Origin: Archangium sp.
GTDB taxonomy: Bacteria > Myxococcota > Myxococcia > Myxococcales > Myxococcaceae
Direction: 5' to 3'
DNA: 35,062 bases
Assembly: GCA_031367385.1 (NCBI GenBank)
Contig: JANLPS010000284.1
Coordinates: 1-35,062 of the forward strand
In this document: one piece after another, positions 24,938-34,109 of the stretch
How positions within the stretch are numbered: the first letter of the stretch is position 1
Layout: each line of letters begins with the position of its first letter
Notes under the pieces: generated by a model
Told to the model about the DNA's origin: nothing
What the model saw: only the letters and a program-made list of their open reading frames with translations
Databases searched by the model: none
Position numbers and translations under genes: made by a program

Positions 24938-26088
24938 CAGTACGCCAAGACCTTTTGAAACACGTCGAGCTTGCGGTTCGGCGCTTGGAGCTCGACCAGG
25001 TTCTCGAAGGCGAAGCTGAAGAAGGTGACCTTGGAGCTGCCCAGGGTTCCGACTCCGCGGCGGCCCACCGCGATGCTCGCCTGCTCCTCGGTGCCGTTCA
25101 TGTCGGCGTCCATCAGGGCGGTGAAGAAGGTGTCGGTGCCCACGGCCGGGTTGATCGGGTCGGTCAAGGTGCGAATCGGAGTGCCGTTGGCGACCGCCAT
25201 CGTCGTGCCCGCGAGCACGCCAACCCCGTTGACGGTGTAGGTGTTGTCGTTGAGCCGATCCCACGCGACGCCGGCGGCGCCGATGTAGAAGCGCAACCAC
25301 TCGCCTTGCACCGCGTTCCAATTGTTGTTGGTGCCCTGGCCGTACAAATACGACGAGGCGAAGATCGACACCTTGCGGCTGCCGAGATCGAGATACGCGC
25401 GCAGCGCCACTTCGTCGGCGCTCGAGAGCGTGTTGACGTTGGCCGCGCCGAGATACTCCGAGCCGCAATACCAGATGACATTTCGGTAACTCTTGAGCTG
25501 CTCGAAGGTCGGGCCGTTGGCGTCTTTGGCGACCACGTACACGTTGTACGGCACGTTCGCTTTGGTCAGCAGGTCTTTGAACAACACGTCTGAGGGCGAG
25601 GCGACTGGCTCGGCGTCACCCTTGTTGTTGTCGCTCAGGTCGTCGTCGATCAACAACGTCTCGACGGGGGCGGTCACCGTCAGCCCGACGTGAATGACCG
25701 AGGTGCTCCTCGTGCCGACCCCCGACAGCGTGAAGTTGCCGAAGGCGATCGGCGTCGCGGTGGTGGTGGTCAGCGTCAACAAGGTCGCCGAGCCGGTCGT
25801 GCTGGGCGGCGAGAACGTCGCCGTCACGCCCGCCGGGAGGTCGGCGATGCTGAAGGTGATGGTGCCCGTCTCGTTGGTGCGGGTGACCAGCACGTTGAGT
25901 GTGGTGATGCCGTTTTGCCCGACCGTCACCGCGACCGGGTCGGTTCGCAGCTTGAAGTAAGCGTCGGTCACCAACCCCGCATCGACCACCACGCCAGCAT
26001 CAGAGTCAGTGCCATAGCGAATCGGAGGGTTGCACGCCGCCAGGGCCATCGCCGCCAGTGCTGAAATCAGGAGTCGTCCAGTGCTCAT
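24937..26088 (-). CDS. Hypothetical lipoprotein with Ig-like and alpha/beta domains (383 aa)
   Basis: Lipobox LAAC, DAG linker, Thr-rich Ig-like segment (DLPAGVTATFSP), then an LLIDDD..YRNVIWYCG domain. Confidence 0.8.
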   Translation of the reverse strand: MSTGRLLISALAAMALAACNPPIRYGTDSDAGVVVDAGLVTDAYFKLRTDPVAVTVGQNGITTLNVLVTRTNETGTITFSIADLPAGVTATFSPPSTTGSATLLTLTTTTATPIAFGNFTLSGVGTRSTSVIHVGLTVTAPVETLLIDDDLSDNNKGDAEPVASPSDVLFKDLLTKANVPYNVYVVAKDANGPTFEQLKSYRNVIWYCGSEYLGAANVNTLSSADEVALRAYLDLGSRKVSIFASSYLYGQGTNNNWNAVQGEWLRFYIGAAGVAWDRLNDNTYTVNGVGVLAGTTMAVANGTPIRTLTDPINPAVGTDTFFTALMDADMNGTEEQASIAVGRRGVGTLGSSKVTFFSFAFENLVELQAPNRKLDVFQKVLAY

Positions 26089-26192
26089 GGCGCGCGCCTA
26101 GTACAGCCGCCTCTTGAAAGGGGGTCAGATCGTCACCCCGCTCGAATCTCTGACTGCGGTGACCGGTCGCTTCCGTTACAGTCCGCCCCGCT

Positions 26193-29100
26193 ATGGAGGC
26201 CCTCCTTTTTCCCAGCGAAGAAGCGCTGCACGTCGCGCTCCGTTCGGGCCTCATCCCCCCCGAGGTGCAGCGGGCGCCGGCGCGGGTCTCCTACGCCAAC
26301 GACGGGCAGGTCGCGATCTCCCCGTCGGTCGCGATGCCGGCCAAGGCCAAGAAATCACTGAAGAATACCGGGGTGACCGAGGCCGACGCCCCGGGCCCGG
26401 GCCGCGCCGTGACCTGCTGGGCCGAAGCCTTGGTGCCCAAGTCGACCGGTGAGCCCGAGGGCGCTCTGCAGCAGGTGCTCTTCACCGTCGAGACCCAAGG
26501 CACCCTGCTCCAATTGGCCGGTGAGCTGTTGCGGCTTGGCTGCGATCGCCAGGAGCTTCGAATGCTCGAGCCCCCGTCGAACGTGAAGTCGTTGGTGCGG
26601 GTCGTCGACCCGCCGTGGTTCGTGCTCTCCCGGGCGCTCGATCACCTGGGCGGGCTGCGAGCCTTCGTGCCCACTCCGGCGGGCCAAGACCGGGTGTGGA
26701 CAGAGGTCGGCTTCGAGCACCCGCTCGACATGGCCATCGAGACGCCAACAGACGGGCTGGTGCTCGTGCTCGGCGACGGCAGCTGGTGGCGGCTCCCCGA
26801 CGGAGCGTGGACCGACATCGACCAGCTCGTCGAGCCCTCGAACCTGCCCGCGGTCTCCAAAACCCCCGCCAACCCCTCGCTGCCCAAGGTGCAGGTCACC
26901 TTGACCCTCGCGCGCGCGGCCCGGCCCGAGGCGCCCAGCCTCTTCGTGCTGCGCAGCAACCCCGACGACATTCGCGGCAATGCGCTCCGGCAAATCGAGT
27001 CGCTCGTTCGTGGTTTGCCCGAAGCCCAGCTCGAGAACGTGCTCTTCGTCGTCTCTGGCGACACGGTGATTCTCCGCGCCCGCCCGGGCCGTGAAGCGAA
27101 CACCGGTGCCGTGCCCGGCGTCGCCTTCGCCCGGGTGCTCGACATGCCGAACCTGTTCGCACCTGCAGGGCTGACCGTCGAGCCTCCGCTGCGACGCGAC
27201 CGGCTTCGAACCTGGCTCGCACCCGACCCCGACGTGGTCACCTGGCTCGAGCCCAGCGGCAAGGGCTTCGCGCAGTTCTCGGTGCTCGAAGCCTCGTTTC
27301 GCCCGCTCACCGACTGGGTCGAGTACGTCATCGACGGAGCCTCTGAGACCCTGCAAACCTGGGTGCGCTCTGCCACCTTCGAGTTCGAAGACTTCTCGGT
27401 GGCCGAAGACGCGCGACCACGCGAGGCACCGGAGCGCGCCCCGAGCGAAGACGAAGAGCCCAAGCCCAGCCGCACCCGCCGCCGCGCGGAGCCTCGCGCC
27501 CCCTCGCGCGAAGCCCCCAGCGAGCCGCCGCGGGCCGCGTCTCCGGTCGTGCACATCGAGGTGCCGAGCAGCCCAAGCCAGCTCGAAGCGATGATCTCGC
27601 GCGAAGAATTCGCCTTTCTCGAGCTCGACGCCGAAGCCGATTCACCCGCCCGCCGCACCGCGTGGATGCGCCTCGCCGAGCTGTACGCCCGGGGTCAACG
27701 CCCGCGCGACGCCGGCATGGCCTGGGCCCACGCGATGTGGGAGTCGAGCGGCGACGAATCGGCGCAGCTCGCGCAACGCTGGTCGGAGACCACCGGCTCC
27801 CGCTTCGACGCGCTGCTGCAACAGAGCTCCCCGAACGTCGAGCAGACCCGGGCCGCCGTCGCGGGGCTGACCGCCGCCGCAAGCTCGGGCAACGCCGCGG
27901 TCGCCAGCCGCGTGGCTGAATGGTCGGCCTTTCTCGATCGCTTCGACGAAGATCTCGACGTGCGCAGCTTCTGGCTCGGCCGGGTCGCGCTCTCGAAGCT
28001 TTCAGGCGGAGATCGCCTCGGCCTCGCGCGCGCCCGCGACCGGGTGCTCAACCGATTGCAGCGTGGCCTCTCGCTCGACCGCGACGTACCCCGCTTGCTG
28101 CGAGTGACCGGGCAGAACATGGCCGGCGGCGCTGGCACCGACCGCGCCAACCGCGTCGGAGCCCAGCTCGAAGCGCTGCTCAAAGCCTTCGAAGAGACGC
28201 CGAGAAAACGCTCACCGGTCGAGGCGCCGCCCAACTTGACCCGCGCCTACGTGCACTTCGAGTTCGCCTGGGGCTTCGCGCGCTTGGGCAACGCCGACCG
28301 GGCCCGGCAGCTGCGTGACGTGGCGCTCTCGGCGCTCGATCGCAAGATGCCGGTGCACAACTATCTCACCCGCGCGTATGTCGCCCGCATCGAGCAAGCC
28401 CTCGAAGGCGCCTCACCCGAGACGCCGCTCGCGCCCGACATCAACGCGCTGCTCACCGGCCTCGAAGCCTTTCTTCGCTACAAGGTCGACCGGTTGCGCC
28501 AATCGTCGATGGTGCTCGAGCCGCAAGAGCGCCTCGACCCGATGGGCTTGTTCTGGCGCTCGAGCCAGAACGCTCGCGGCGAAGAGCTCGCGGCGCTGCG
28601 CGGCATTCGAGACCCGGCCGAGCTGCTCAGGGCCATCGAGGCACGCTCTCTGGTCGCCGCCGACCCGCAGCTCGGGGCCGAAGAGCGCGCGCGCCTGCTC
28701 GACAGCTTGCTCGACTTCTTGCCTCAGCTGCCCGAGTCACAAGCCCTGCCGCTGCTGCAGCGCTTCGTCACTTTGGCCGAGCCGATGACGCCCAAGCTGC
28801 GCGCGATCGTGCTCGAAGACGCACTCAAAGTGGCCGGTCACTTCGGCCGCACCGCGCTGATCAAGCAGCTCGTTCTCACCCTGGGCGGCCTCATCAAAGA
28901 GCTCGGCGTCGAAGGCGTGGCCGAGGTCGGCGCCACGCTGGTCGCGGGCGTTCGATCTCTGCGCCGGGTCGGCCTTCGAGAAGAAGCCGGTGAGTTGCTC
29001 TCGCGGGCCTCGACCGTGCTCAAGGGCGAAGACACCAAGACCTTGCAAGCGCGCCTGGCGCTCGCCGCCGGGTTCTCGTACCTGGGCCAATTTCAGCAAG

Positions 29101-29447
29101 CCCAACCCATCGTCGACGAGGCGCTCAACCGACTCGCCCGTGAGTCGGGCCTCATCCCCGTCGACCGGCTCAAGCTCACCCGCTACACCGCGCGTGCCCT
29201 CGGGCACGCCTCGACCGAGGTCGCCCTGCCCGGCCTGCTGCGCCTGGCCCAGCAACTCCCGTGGATCACCGACAGCTTCAACACGAATGATCACTTTTGC
29301 CTGTCGCTGGTCGACTTCGCCGATGCCCTGGTGCTCGGCCACGTCGGCGACGACTTGACGCTCAATGAGACGACGCGGCGGTTTCTCGAAGAAGACGAGT
29401 ACCTCGTACGACGTCGCGTTCACAATGATGTAGGAGGCGAGGGCTAG
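26193..29447 (+). CDS. Large hypothetical protein with alpha/beta N-half, charged linker and alpha-solenoid C-half; MoxR-associated (1084 aa)
   Basis: Long ORF with strong coding bias and no signal peptide, 21 bp upstream of the MoxR gene. Confidence 0.8.
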   Translation: MEALLFPSEEALHVALRSGLIPPEVQRAPARVSYANDGQVAISPSVAMPAKAKKSLKNTGVTEADAPGPGRAVTCWAEALVPKSTGEPEGALQQVLFTVETQGTLLQLAGELLRLGCDRQELRMLEPPSNVKSLVRVVDPPWFVLSRALDHLGGLRAFVPTPAGQDRVWTEVGFEHPLDMAIETPTDGLVLVLGDGSWWRLPDGAWTDIDQLVEPSNLPAVSKTPANPSLPKVQVTLTLARAARPEAPSLFVLRSNPDDIRGNALRQIESLVRGLPEAQLENVLFVVSGDTVILRARPGREANTGAVPGVAFARVLDMPNLFAPAGLTVEPPLRRDRLRTWLAPDPDVVTWLEPSGKGFAQFSVLEASFRPLTDWVEYVIDGASETLQTWVRSATFEFEDFSVAEDARPREAPERAPSEDEEPKPSRTRRRAEPRAPSREAPSEPPRAASPVVHIEVPSSPSQLEAMISREEFAFLELDAEADSPARRTAWMRLAELYARGQRPRDAGMAWAHAMWESSGDESAQLAQRWSETTGSRFDALLQQSSPNVEQTRAAVAGLTAAASSGNAAVASRVAEWSAFLDRFDEDLDVRSFWLGRVALSKLSGGDRLGLARARDRVLNRLQRGLSLDRDVPRLLRVTGQNMAGGAGTDRANRVGAQLEALLKAFEETPRKRSPVEAPPNLTRAYVHFEFAWGFARLGNADRARQLRDVALSALDRKMPVHNYLTRAYVARIEQALEGASPETPLAPDINALLTGLEAFLRYKVDRLRQSSMVLEPQERLDPMGLFWRSSQNARGEELAALRGIRDPAELLRAIEARSLVAADPQLGAEERARLLDSLLDFLPQLPESQALPLLQRFVTLAEPMTPKLRAIVLEDALKVAGHFGRTALIKQLVLTLGGLIKELGVEGVAEVGATLVAGVRSLRRVGLREEAGELLSRASTVLKGEDTKTLQARLALAAGFSYLGQFQQAQPIVDEALNRLARESGLIPVDRLKLTRYTARALGHASTEVALPGLLRLAQQLPWITDSFNTNDHFCLSLVDFADALVLGHVGDDLTLNETTRRFLEEDEYLVRRRVHNDVGGEG

Positions 29448-29468
29448 AACCGAAAGCCTTCGACCACA

Positions 29469-30488
29469 ATGACGACGACTCCGAAGAAAGAAACGCTCGA
29501 GGCCATCACCGACTTGACCCTCGAGCAATTGCAGGCCGAGTCGCAGGGCCTGCGCGAGCGCATCAACCGCTTTCGGTTGGGGCTCGGCCGGCACTTCGTC
29601 GACAAGCAGCCGCTGATCGACCTGATGACCGTCGCCGCCGTCGCGCAAGAGCCGCTGCTCTTGGTGGGGCCTCCGGGTACGGCGAAGTCTGATCTGGTGA
29701 TCAAATTCAAAGACGCGCTGGGCATCGACGGCGCCGACTACTTCGAATACCTGCTCACCCGCTTCACCGAGCCCAGCGAGGTCTTGGGGCCCATCGACAT
29801 CAACGAGCTGCGCAGCGGCCGGTACATTCGCCGTGAGCGCGGCAAGCTGCCCACCGCGCGCCTGGTGTTTCTCGATGAGATCTTCAAGGCCAGCTCGGCG
29901 ATCTTGAACGCGCTGCTCACCGTGATCAACGAGCGCAAGTTCTACCAAGACGGCGTGCCGGTGCCGGTGAAGCTCAAGATGCTCTTCGCGGCGACCAACG
30001 AAATACCCGAGCATTCAGAGCTGGGCGCGCTCAAAGACCGCTTCTGTCTCAAGGCCGCCTGCCGCTCGGTGCAAGAGACGCACTTCATCGAGCTCATCGA
30101 CGCCGGCATCGAGTCGCAGACCAACAAAGACCTCAACCGCAAGCCCTGGTCGGAGTCTCTGACCAGCTTGGAGGATCTGCTCAAGGCGCACCGCTACCTG
30201 ACCCTGGTGATGGCGCGCAAAGAGCCCAAAGATCGCGACCTGTTTTTTCGCGACGAGGTGATGCGCGAATTTCGCCGCGTGATTCGAACCCTGGTGCGCG
30301 AAGACGAGGTGTTCGTCTCTGATCGCAAGCTGATCAAGCTCTACCGGCTGTTGCGAACCCGCGCGTGGATCGTGCACGGCGGCGCGGTCGAACGAGAAGA
30401 CCTGCAGCTGCTCTCGTACCTGGGCGACACCCGCGAAGAAATCGACCTGCTCGAGGAGAAAGTGCCCCGCTTGCTGGGCATTTCTTGA
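29469..30488 (+). CDS. MoxR/RavA-family AAA+ ATPase (339 aa)
   Basis: Walker A GPPGTAKS, YLLTRFTEPSEVLGP, Walker B FLDEIFKASSAILNALLT, AATNE, LKDRF and VSDR. Confidence 0.92.
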   Translation: MTTTPKKETLEAITDLTLEQLQAESQGLRERINRFRLGLGRHFVDKQPLIDLMTVAAVAQEPLLLVGPPGTAKSDLVIKFKDALGIDGADYFEYLLTRFTEPSEVLGPIDINELRSGRYIRRERGKLPTARLVFLDEIFKASSAILNALLTVINERKFYQDGVPVPVKLKMLFAATNEIPEHSELGALKDRFCLKAACRSVQETHFIELIDAGIESQTNKDLNRKPWSESLTSLEDLLKAHRYLTLVMARKEPKDRDLFFRDEVMREFRRVIRTLVREDEVFVSDRKLIKLYRLLRTRAWIVHGGAVEREDLQLLSYLGDTREEIDLLEEKVPRLLGIS

Positions 30489-30496
30489 AAACCACC

Positions 30497-30862
30497 ATGG
30501 CCTCTAACCGACGAGTCGCATCACGCCACCTCACCTGCGTCGCGGTCGGGGTCGAGGTCAAAAACAAGCAGCAGCTCGCGCTGATTCGCGACGCGAGCAC
30601 CTCGGGTGCCCTGCTCTTCACCCGCAAATCATTGGCGCCCGCCGACACGCTCACCATCGCGATTCAGTTCGAACCCAAGTCGCCGGGTGTCGAGGTGGTG
30701 GCCCACGTGGTGCGCTGCGAGCGGCTTCAAGATGGCTTCTGGTCATACGCGATCGCGGTGAGCTTCGACCCGCCGCGCGAAGACTTGAAGCCGCTCTTCG
30801 ACGCTTTGTCGCAACAGCAAGAGCGCTTGTTCGGCGCGCAGCTCCCAGCCGCGAAGCGCTAA
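30497..30862 (+). CDS. Stand-alone PilZ-domain protein (121 aa)
   Basis: ATG 30497; NRRVASR (RxxxR), DASTSG (DxSxxG), AHVVRC..AVSF. Confidence 0.8.
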   Translation: MASNRRVASRHLTCVAVGVEVKNKQQLALIRDASTSGALLFTRKSLAPADTLTIAIQFEPKSPGVEVVAHVVRCERLQDGFWSYAIAVSFDPPREDLKPLFDALSQQQERLFGAQLPAAKR

Positions 30863-31314
30863 CCAGTGGCCTTTGGAGCGCCGACGATCACCCGCGCGCG
30901 CCCCTGCATCGGCAGCGTCACTTCATCGACCTGCAAACCACCTTGCTGTGCAAGCTCGGCGAGGTGCCGCATCCACGGTTTGTAGGGCATCGAGTTGTCG
31001 CTGCAGCACGGCACCACCGCGAACGGCACCTGGTGCTTGATCGCGTACTCGATGATGACACGGGTCGCTCCGTCGGCGTGCATGCCCACCACCAGGTCGG
31101 CTTCGCAGGGCTCATCGAGCGTGAAGTCGCGCATCGCGAAGTCGACCGGCAGGTGCTTGTGCCGTCGATCGAACGTCAAGCACGCCAGGCCGCGCTTGGT
31201 CAGCGCCAGGTTCAGCGCACCCTGCCCCCCCGCCACGTCAAAGACCCGCCGCGCCGAAGGAAATCGGCTCGTCAGCAGCTCGGCAAACAGCTCGAATCGA
31301 CGGAGATCAGCCAT
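30859..31314 (-). CDS. Small class I SAM-dependent methyltransferase-like protein (151 aa)
   Basis: ATG 31314; VFDVAGGQGAL motif I, LVVGMHADGAT, FAVVPCC. Confidence 0.7.
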   Translation of the reverse strand: MADLRRFELFAELLTSRFPSARRVFDVAGGQGALNLALTKRGLACLTFDRRHKHLPVDFAMRDFTLDEPCEADLVVGMHADGATRVIIEYAIKHQVPFAVVPCCSDNSMPYKPWMRHLAELAQQGGLQVDEVTLPMQGRARVIVGAPKATG

Positions 31315-31363
31315 CAAATAGACCCATGAAATCAATATCTTATCGTCGCCACACAACACCGCT

Positions 31364-32545
31364 GTGGGCCCGGTCGATAAGTTCAATAGGCCTGTGTCGA
31401 TTCCAATTCAACCATCAAGCAGCCCGCCCACGGCGGTACAGCGCGCGAAAGAACGCGCCCTGAGCGTGGCTGAGACGCTCATCGACGAGCCCGACAAGAA
31501 AATCGAAGTGCTGCAGGCAGCGCTGGTCGCGATCAACCCCAGCGCCACCCCCCTTCGCCTCGACGCCTTCGAAGGGCTGCGCTCGATTCAAGTCGCGAAC
31601 GGCCGCAGCGGCATGGCGGGCGCGAAGCTGGCGTTCGAGATCGAGCGTGCACGCGAGTCGCTGCGAGTGCTCGACCCCACCGACAAGTTCACCGTGATGG
31701 GCAAGCTCGGCCTCGCCGTCACGCCGTTCTCGGCCATCAGCGGCGCGGTCAAATCGGTTCAGCAATACGGCCTCGCGAAAGAAGCCGCGGTCGAATACCT
31801 CGAGACCCGCACCGACGAGGCCCGCGCCAAGGTCATCGGTACGACCGCCAAGCTCTCGGCCACCGTCGTTGGCACCGGGCTCAGCAGCGCAGAAAGCTAC
31901 GTGACCGGCCGCAAGCTGCTCGTCACCTACCTCGCCGCGAAGAAGGCCTTCGAAGCGGCTGCGCCTCTGGCCGACCGCCGCATTGCCAGAACCGCCGGGT
32001 GGGCCGCCGCGAAACACCTGCTCGAGAACGGGGGCCGCCCCACCGCCGAAGTGCTCAATGCGCTGCGCGCCAAGGCGTTCGACCTCGGGCTCTCTGACAA
32101 GATCATCGGCCAGACCTTGCGTGGCGCCAGCGTCTCGTCGGTCGAGCGGGCGGTACACGCGTCGGTCGCGGCGAAGAGCAGCAAGCTCGGCATCAACCTT
32201 GCGCAGGGGCTCGGCCGAGAAACGAGGGCCGCCGCGCGCGCGACCCTCGACGCTGCTGCTGAAGCGGCCGGCCGGGCCACCGTCAAGGCGGGCATCAAGA
32301 ACGCGGCGGGCCTGGCGGCGAAGGGGCTCGCGCGGTTCGCGCCGGGCCTCAACGTGGCGTTGGCAGGCCTCGACACCGCGATGATGTACTCGACGCTCAA
32401 AGACCCCAAGGCGAGCAACACCCGAAAAATCGCCAGCGTCGTCACCGCGGCGGGCGCCTGGGTCTCGGCGACCAACGTACCGCTCGTCAGCCAGGCCGGC
32501 GCCCTGGTCTCGATGGTCTCGGCCTTCGTCGGCGCGTTCTTCTAA
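31364..32545 (+). CDS. Hypothetical Ala-rich helical protein with hydrophobic C-terminus (up to 393 aa)
   Basis: Long ORF with GC3 bias; start uncertain (GTG 31364 or 31394). Confidence 0.7.
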   Translation: MGPVDKFNRPVSIPIQPSSSPPTAVQRAKERALSVAETLIDEPDKKIEVLQAALVAINPSATPLRLDAFEGLRSIQVANGRSGMAGAKLAFEIERARESLRVLDPTDKFTVMGKLGLAVTPFSAISGAVKSVQQYGLAKEAAVEYLETRTDEARAKVIGTTAKLSATVVGTGLSSAESYVTGRKLLVTYLAAKKAFEAAAPLADRRIARTAGWAAAKHLLENGGRPTAEVLNALRAKAFDLGLSDKIIGQTLRGASVSSVERAVHASVAAKSSKLGINLAQGLGRETRAAARATLDAAAEAAGRATVKAGIKNAAGLAAKGLARFAPGLNVALAGLDTAMMYSTLKDPKASNTRKIASVVTAAGAWVSATNVPLVSQAGALVSMVSAFVGAFF

Positions 32546-32599
32546 CGATTGGCCGCATTCGACTGGTAAAGCTGGCGCCTTTCTGCAATTTCGCACGCC

Positions 32600-33577
32600 A
32601 TGAAGCTCATCAGCATCGTGACGCCGTGCTTCAACGAAGAAGAAAACGTCGATGTGCTGGCCGAACGAATCGCGGCCGTGTTCGCTGGGTTGCCTCAATA
32701 CACCTACGAGCACATCTTCATCGACAACGCGTCGACCGATCGCACCGTTGAGAAGATCAAAGCGCTCGCGGCCAAAGACAAGCGCGTGAAGCTGATCGTC
32801 AACGCGCGAAATTTTGGGCACATTCGCTCACCCGCCCATGCCTTGCTGCAGGCGAATGGCGACGCGATCGTCGGCATGGCGTCTGATCTGCAAGACCCTC
32901 CCGAGCTGATCAAAGACTTCTTGGTGAAGTGGGAAGAAGGCTTCAAGGTCGTCGCCGCGGTGAAGACCGCGAGCCGCGAATCACCGGCGATGTGGCTGGT
33001 GCGGTTGACCTATTACAAGTTCATCGGCCGCATCTCAGAGGTTCAGCTGCTCGAGAATTTCACCGGCTTCGGTCTCTACGACCGCGTGGTGCTCGAAGAA
33101 GTGCGCCGCACCGGTGATCAGTACCCCTATTTTCGCGGCCTGATACCCGACTTCGGGTTCAAGATCGCCAAGATCCCCTTCGAGCAGCCGCACCGATACC
33201 GGGGCATCACCAAGAATAACTTTTTCACGCTCTACGACATGGCGATGCTCGGCATCACCAGCCACTCCAAGGCGCCGATTCGCTTGGCGACCATGGCAGG
33301 CTTCGGGCTCGCGGCGCTCAGCTTGCTCGTCTCGATGGGCTACCTGGTGGCCAAGCTCGTAAACTGGAACTCGTTCGAGCTCGGCCTCGCGCCGCTGCTC
33401 ACCGGCATGTTCTTCTTCATGTCGATTCAGTTGTTTTTCATGGGCGTGATCGGTGAATACGTCGCGGCGATTCATACCCAGGTGCTCAAGCGGCCGCTGG
33501 TGGTCGAAGAAGAGCGCGTGAACTTCGACGGCCCACCCAAGCCCGATGCGCTGCAGCGGCCTTCGAGCGAGATCTGA
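32600..33577 (+). CDS. GT2 glycosyltransferase, polyprenol-phosphate (GtrB/ArnC-like) type (325 aa)
   Basis: ISIVTPCFNEEEN, IDNASTDRT, RNFGH, SDLQDPPE; two C-terminal TM helices then GVIGEY..RPL. Confidence 0.92.
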   Translation: MKLISIVTPCFNEEENVDVLAERIAAVFAGLPQYTYEHIFIDNASTDRTVEKIKALAAKDKRVKLIVNARNFGHIRSPAHALLQANGDAIVGMASDLQDPPELIKDFLVKWEEGFKVVAAVKTASRESPAMWLVRLTYYKFIGRISEVQLLENFTGFGLYDRVVLEEVRRTGDQYPYFRGLIPDFGFKIAKIPFEQPHRYRGITKNNFFTLYDMAMLGITSHSKAPIRLATMAGFGLAALSLLVSMGYLVAKLVNWNSFELGLAPLLTGMFFFMSIQLFFMGVIGEYVAAIHTQVLKRPLVVEEERVNFDGPPKPDALQRPSSEI

Positions 33578-33603
33578 GCGCGGCGAGGCTCTGGCAGTGG
33601 GTC

Positions 33604-34062
33604 GTGCGGGGCCTCGGTCGGCCCGCGATACAGATTTATTGCGATGGGTCGGCCCACGAGCGGCGCGGGTTGCCTGGTGGCTGGGCCTTCGCGGTCGTGC
33701 AGAGCGATCGCTTGCTCTTCAGCGGCAGTGGCGCGGTACCAGCGACCACCAACAACGAGGTCGAGCTCCGTGCGGCAATCGCCGGGGTGCGCGCGGTCAC
33801 CAGCCGGGGCATGCACGGTGGCCGGTGTGAGGTCGAGCTGATCAGCGACTCGCGAATCACGCTCGACGTCGCGCAAGGCGTGGCACCACCAGCCGCGCAC
33901 GCGATGCTCGGCGCCGAGCTCAGGTCGGTGGCCGTCGAGACCGGGTTGAAGGCGACCTGGGTTCGCGGCCATTCAGGCAACCGGTGGAACGAGTACGTCG
34001 ACCGCATGGCGCACGAGGCCAAGCTGACCCTCGTGCCGTTGCGCAAACAATCGCGGCGATAG
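33604..34062 (+). CDS. rnhA: Ribonuclease HI family protein (about 152 aa)
   Basis: [31 protein letters not shown]: all four acidic catalytic residues plus His. Confidence 0.8.
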   Translation: MRGLGRPAIQIYCDGSAHERRGLPGGWAFAVVQSDRLLFSGSGAVPATTNNEVELRAAIAGVRAVTSRGMHGGRCEVELISDSRITLDVAQGVAPPAAHAMLGAELRSVAVETGLKATWVRGHSGNRWNEYVDRMAHEAKLTLVPLRKQSRR

Positions 34063-34109
34063 CTTTTGCATATTGGCGACTTCGCGCGAAGCCGAGCACG
34101 GTTCGCCCC

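Noticed and set aside
24938..25468. Long N-terminal extensions in the ORF track (MBL hydrolase; likewise 1235-1414, 2483-2965, 5052-5315, 23914-24081, 30365-30496)
   Set aside because: They overlap neighbouring genes or intergenic DNA. Downstream starts give proper signal peptides, SD sites or family N-termini.
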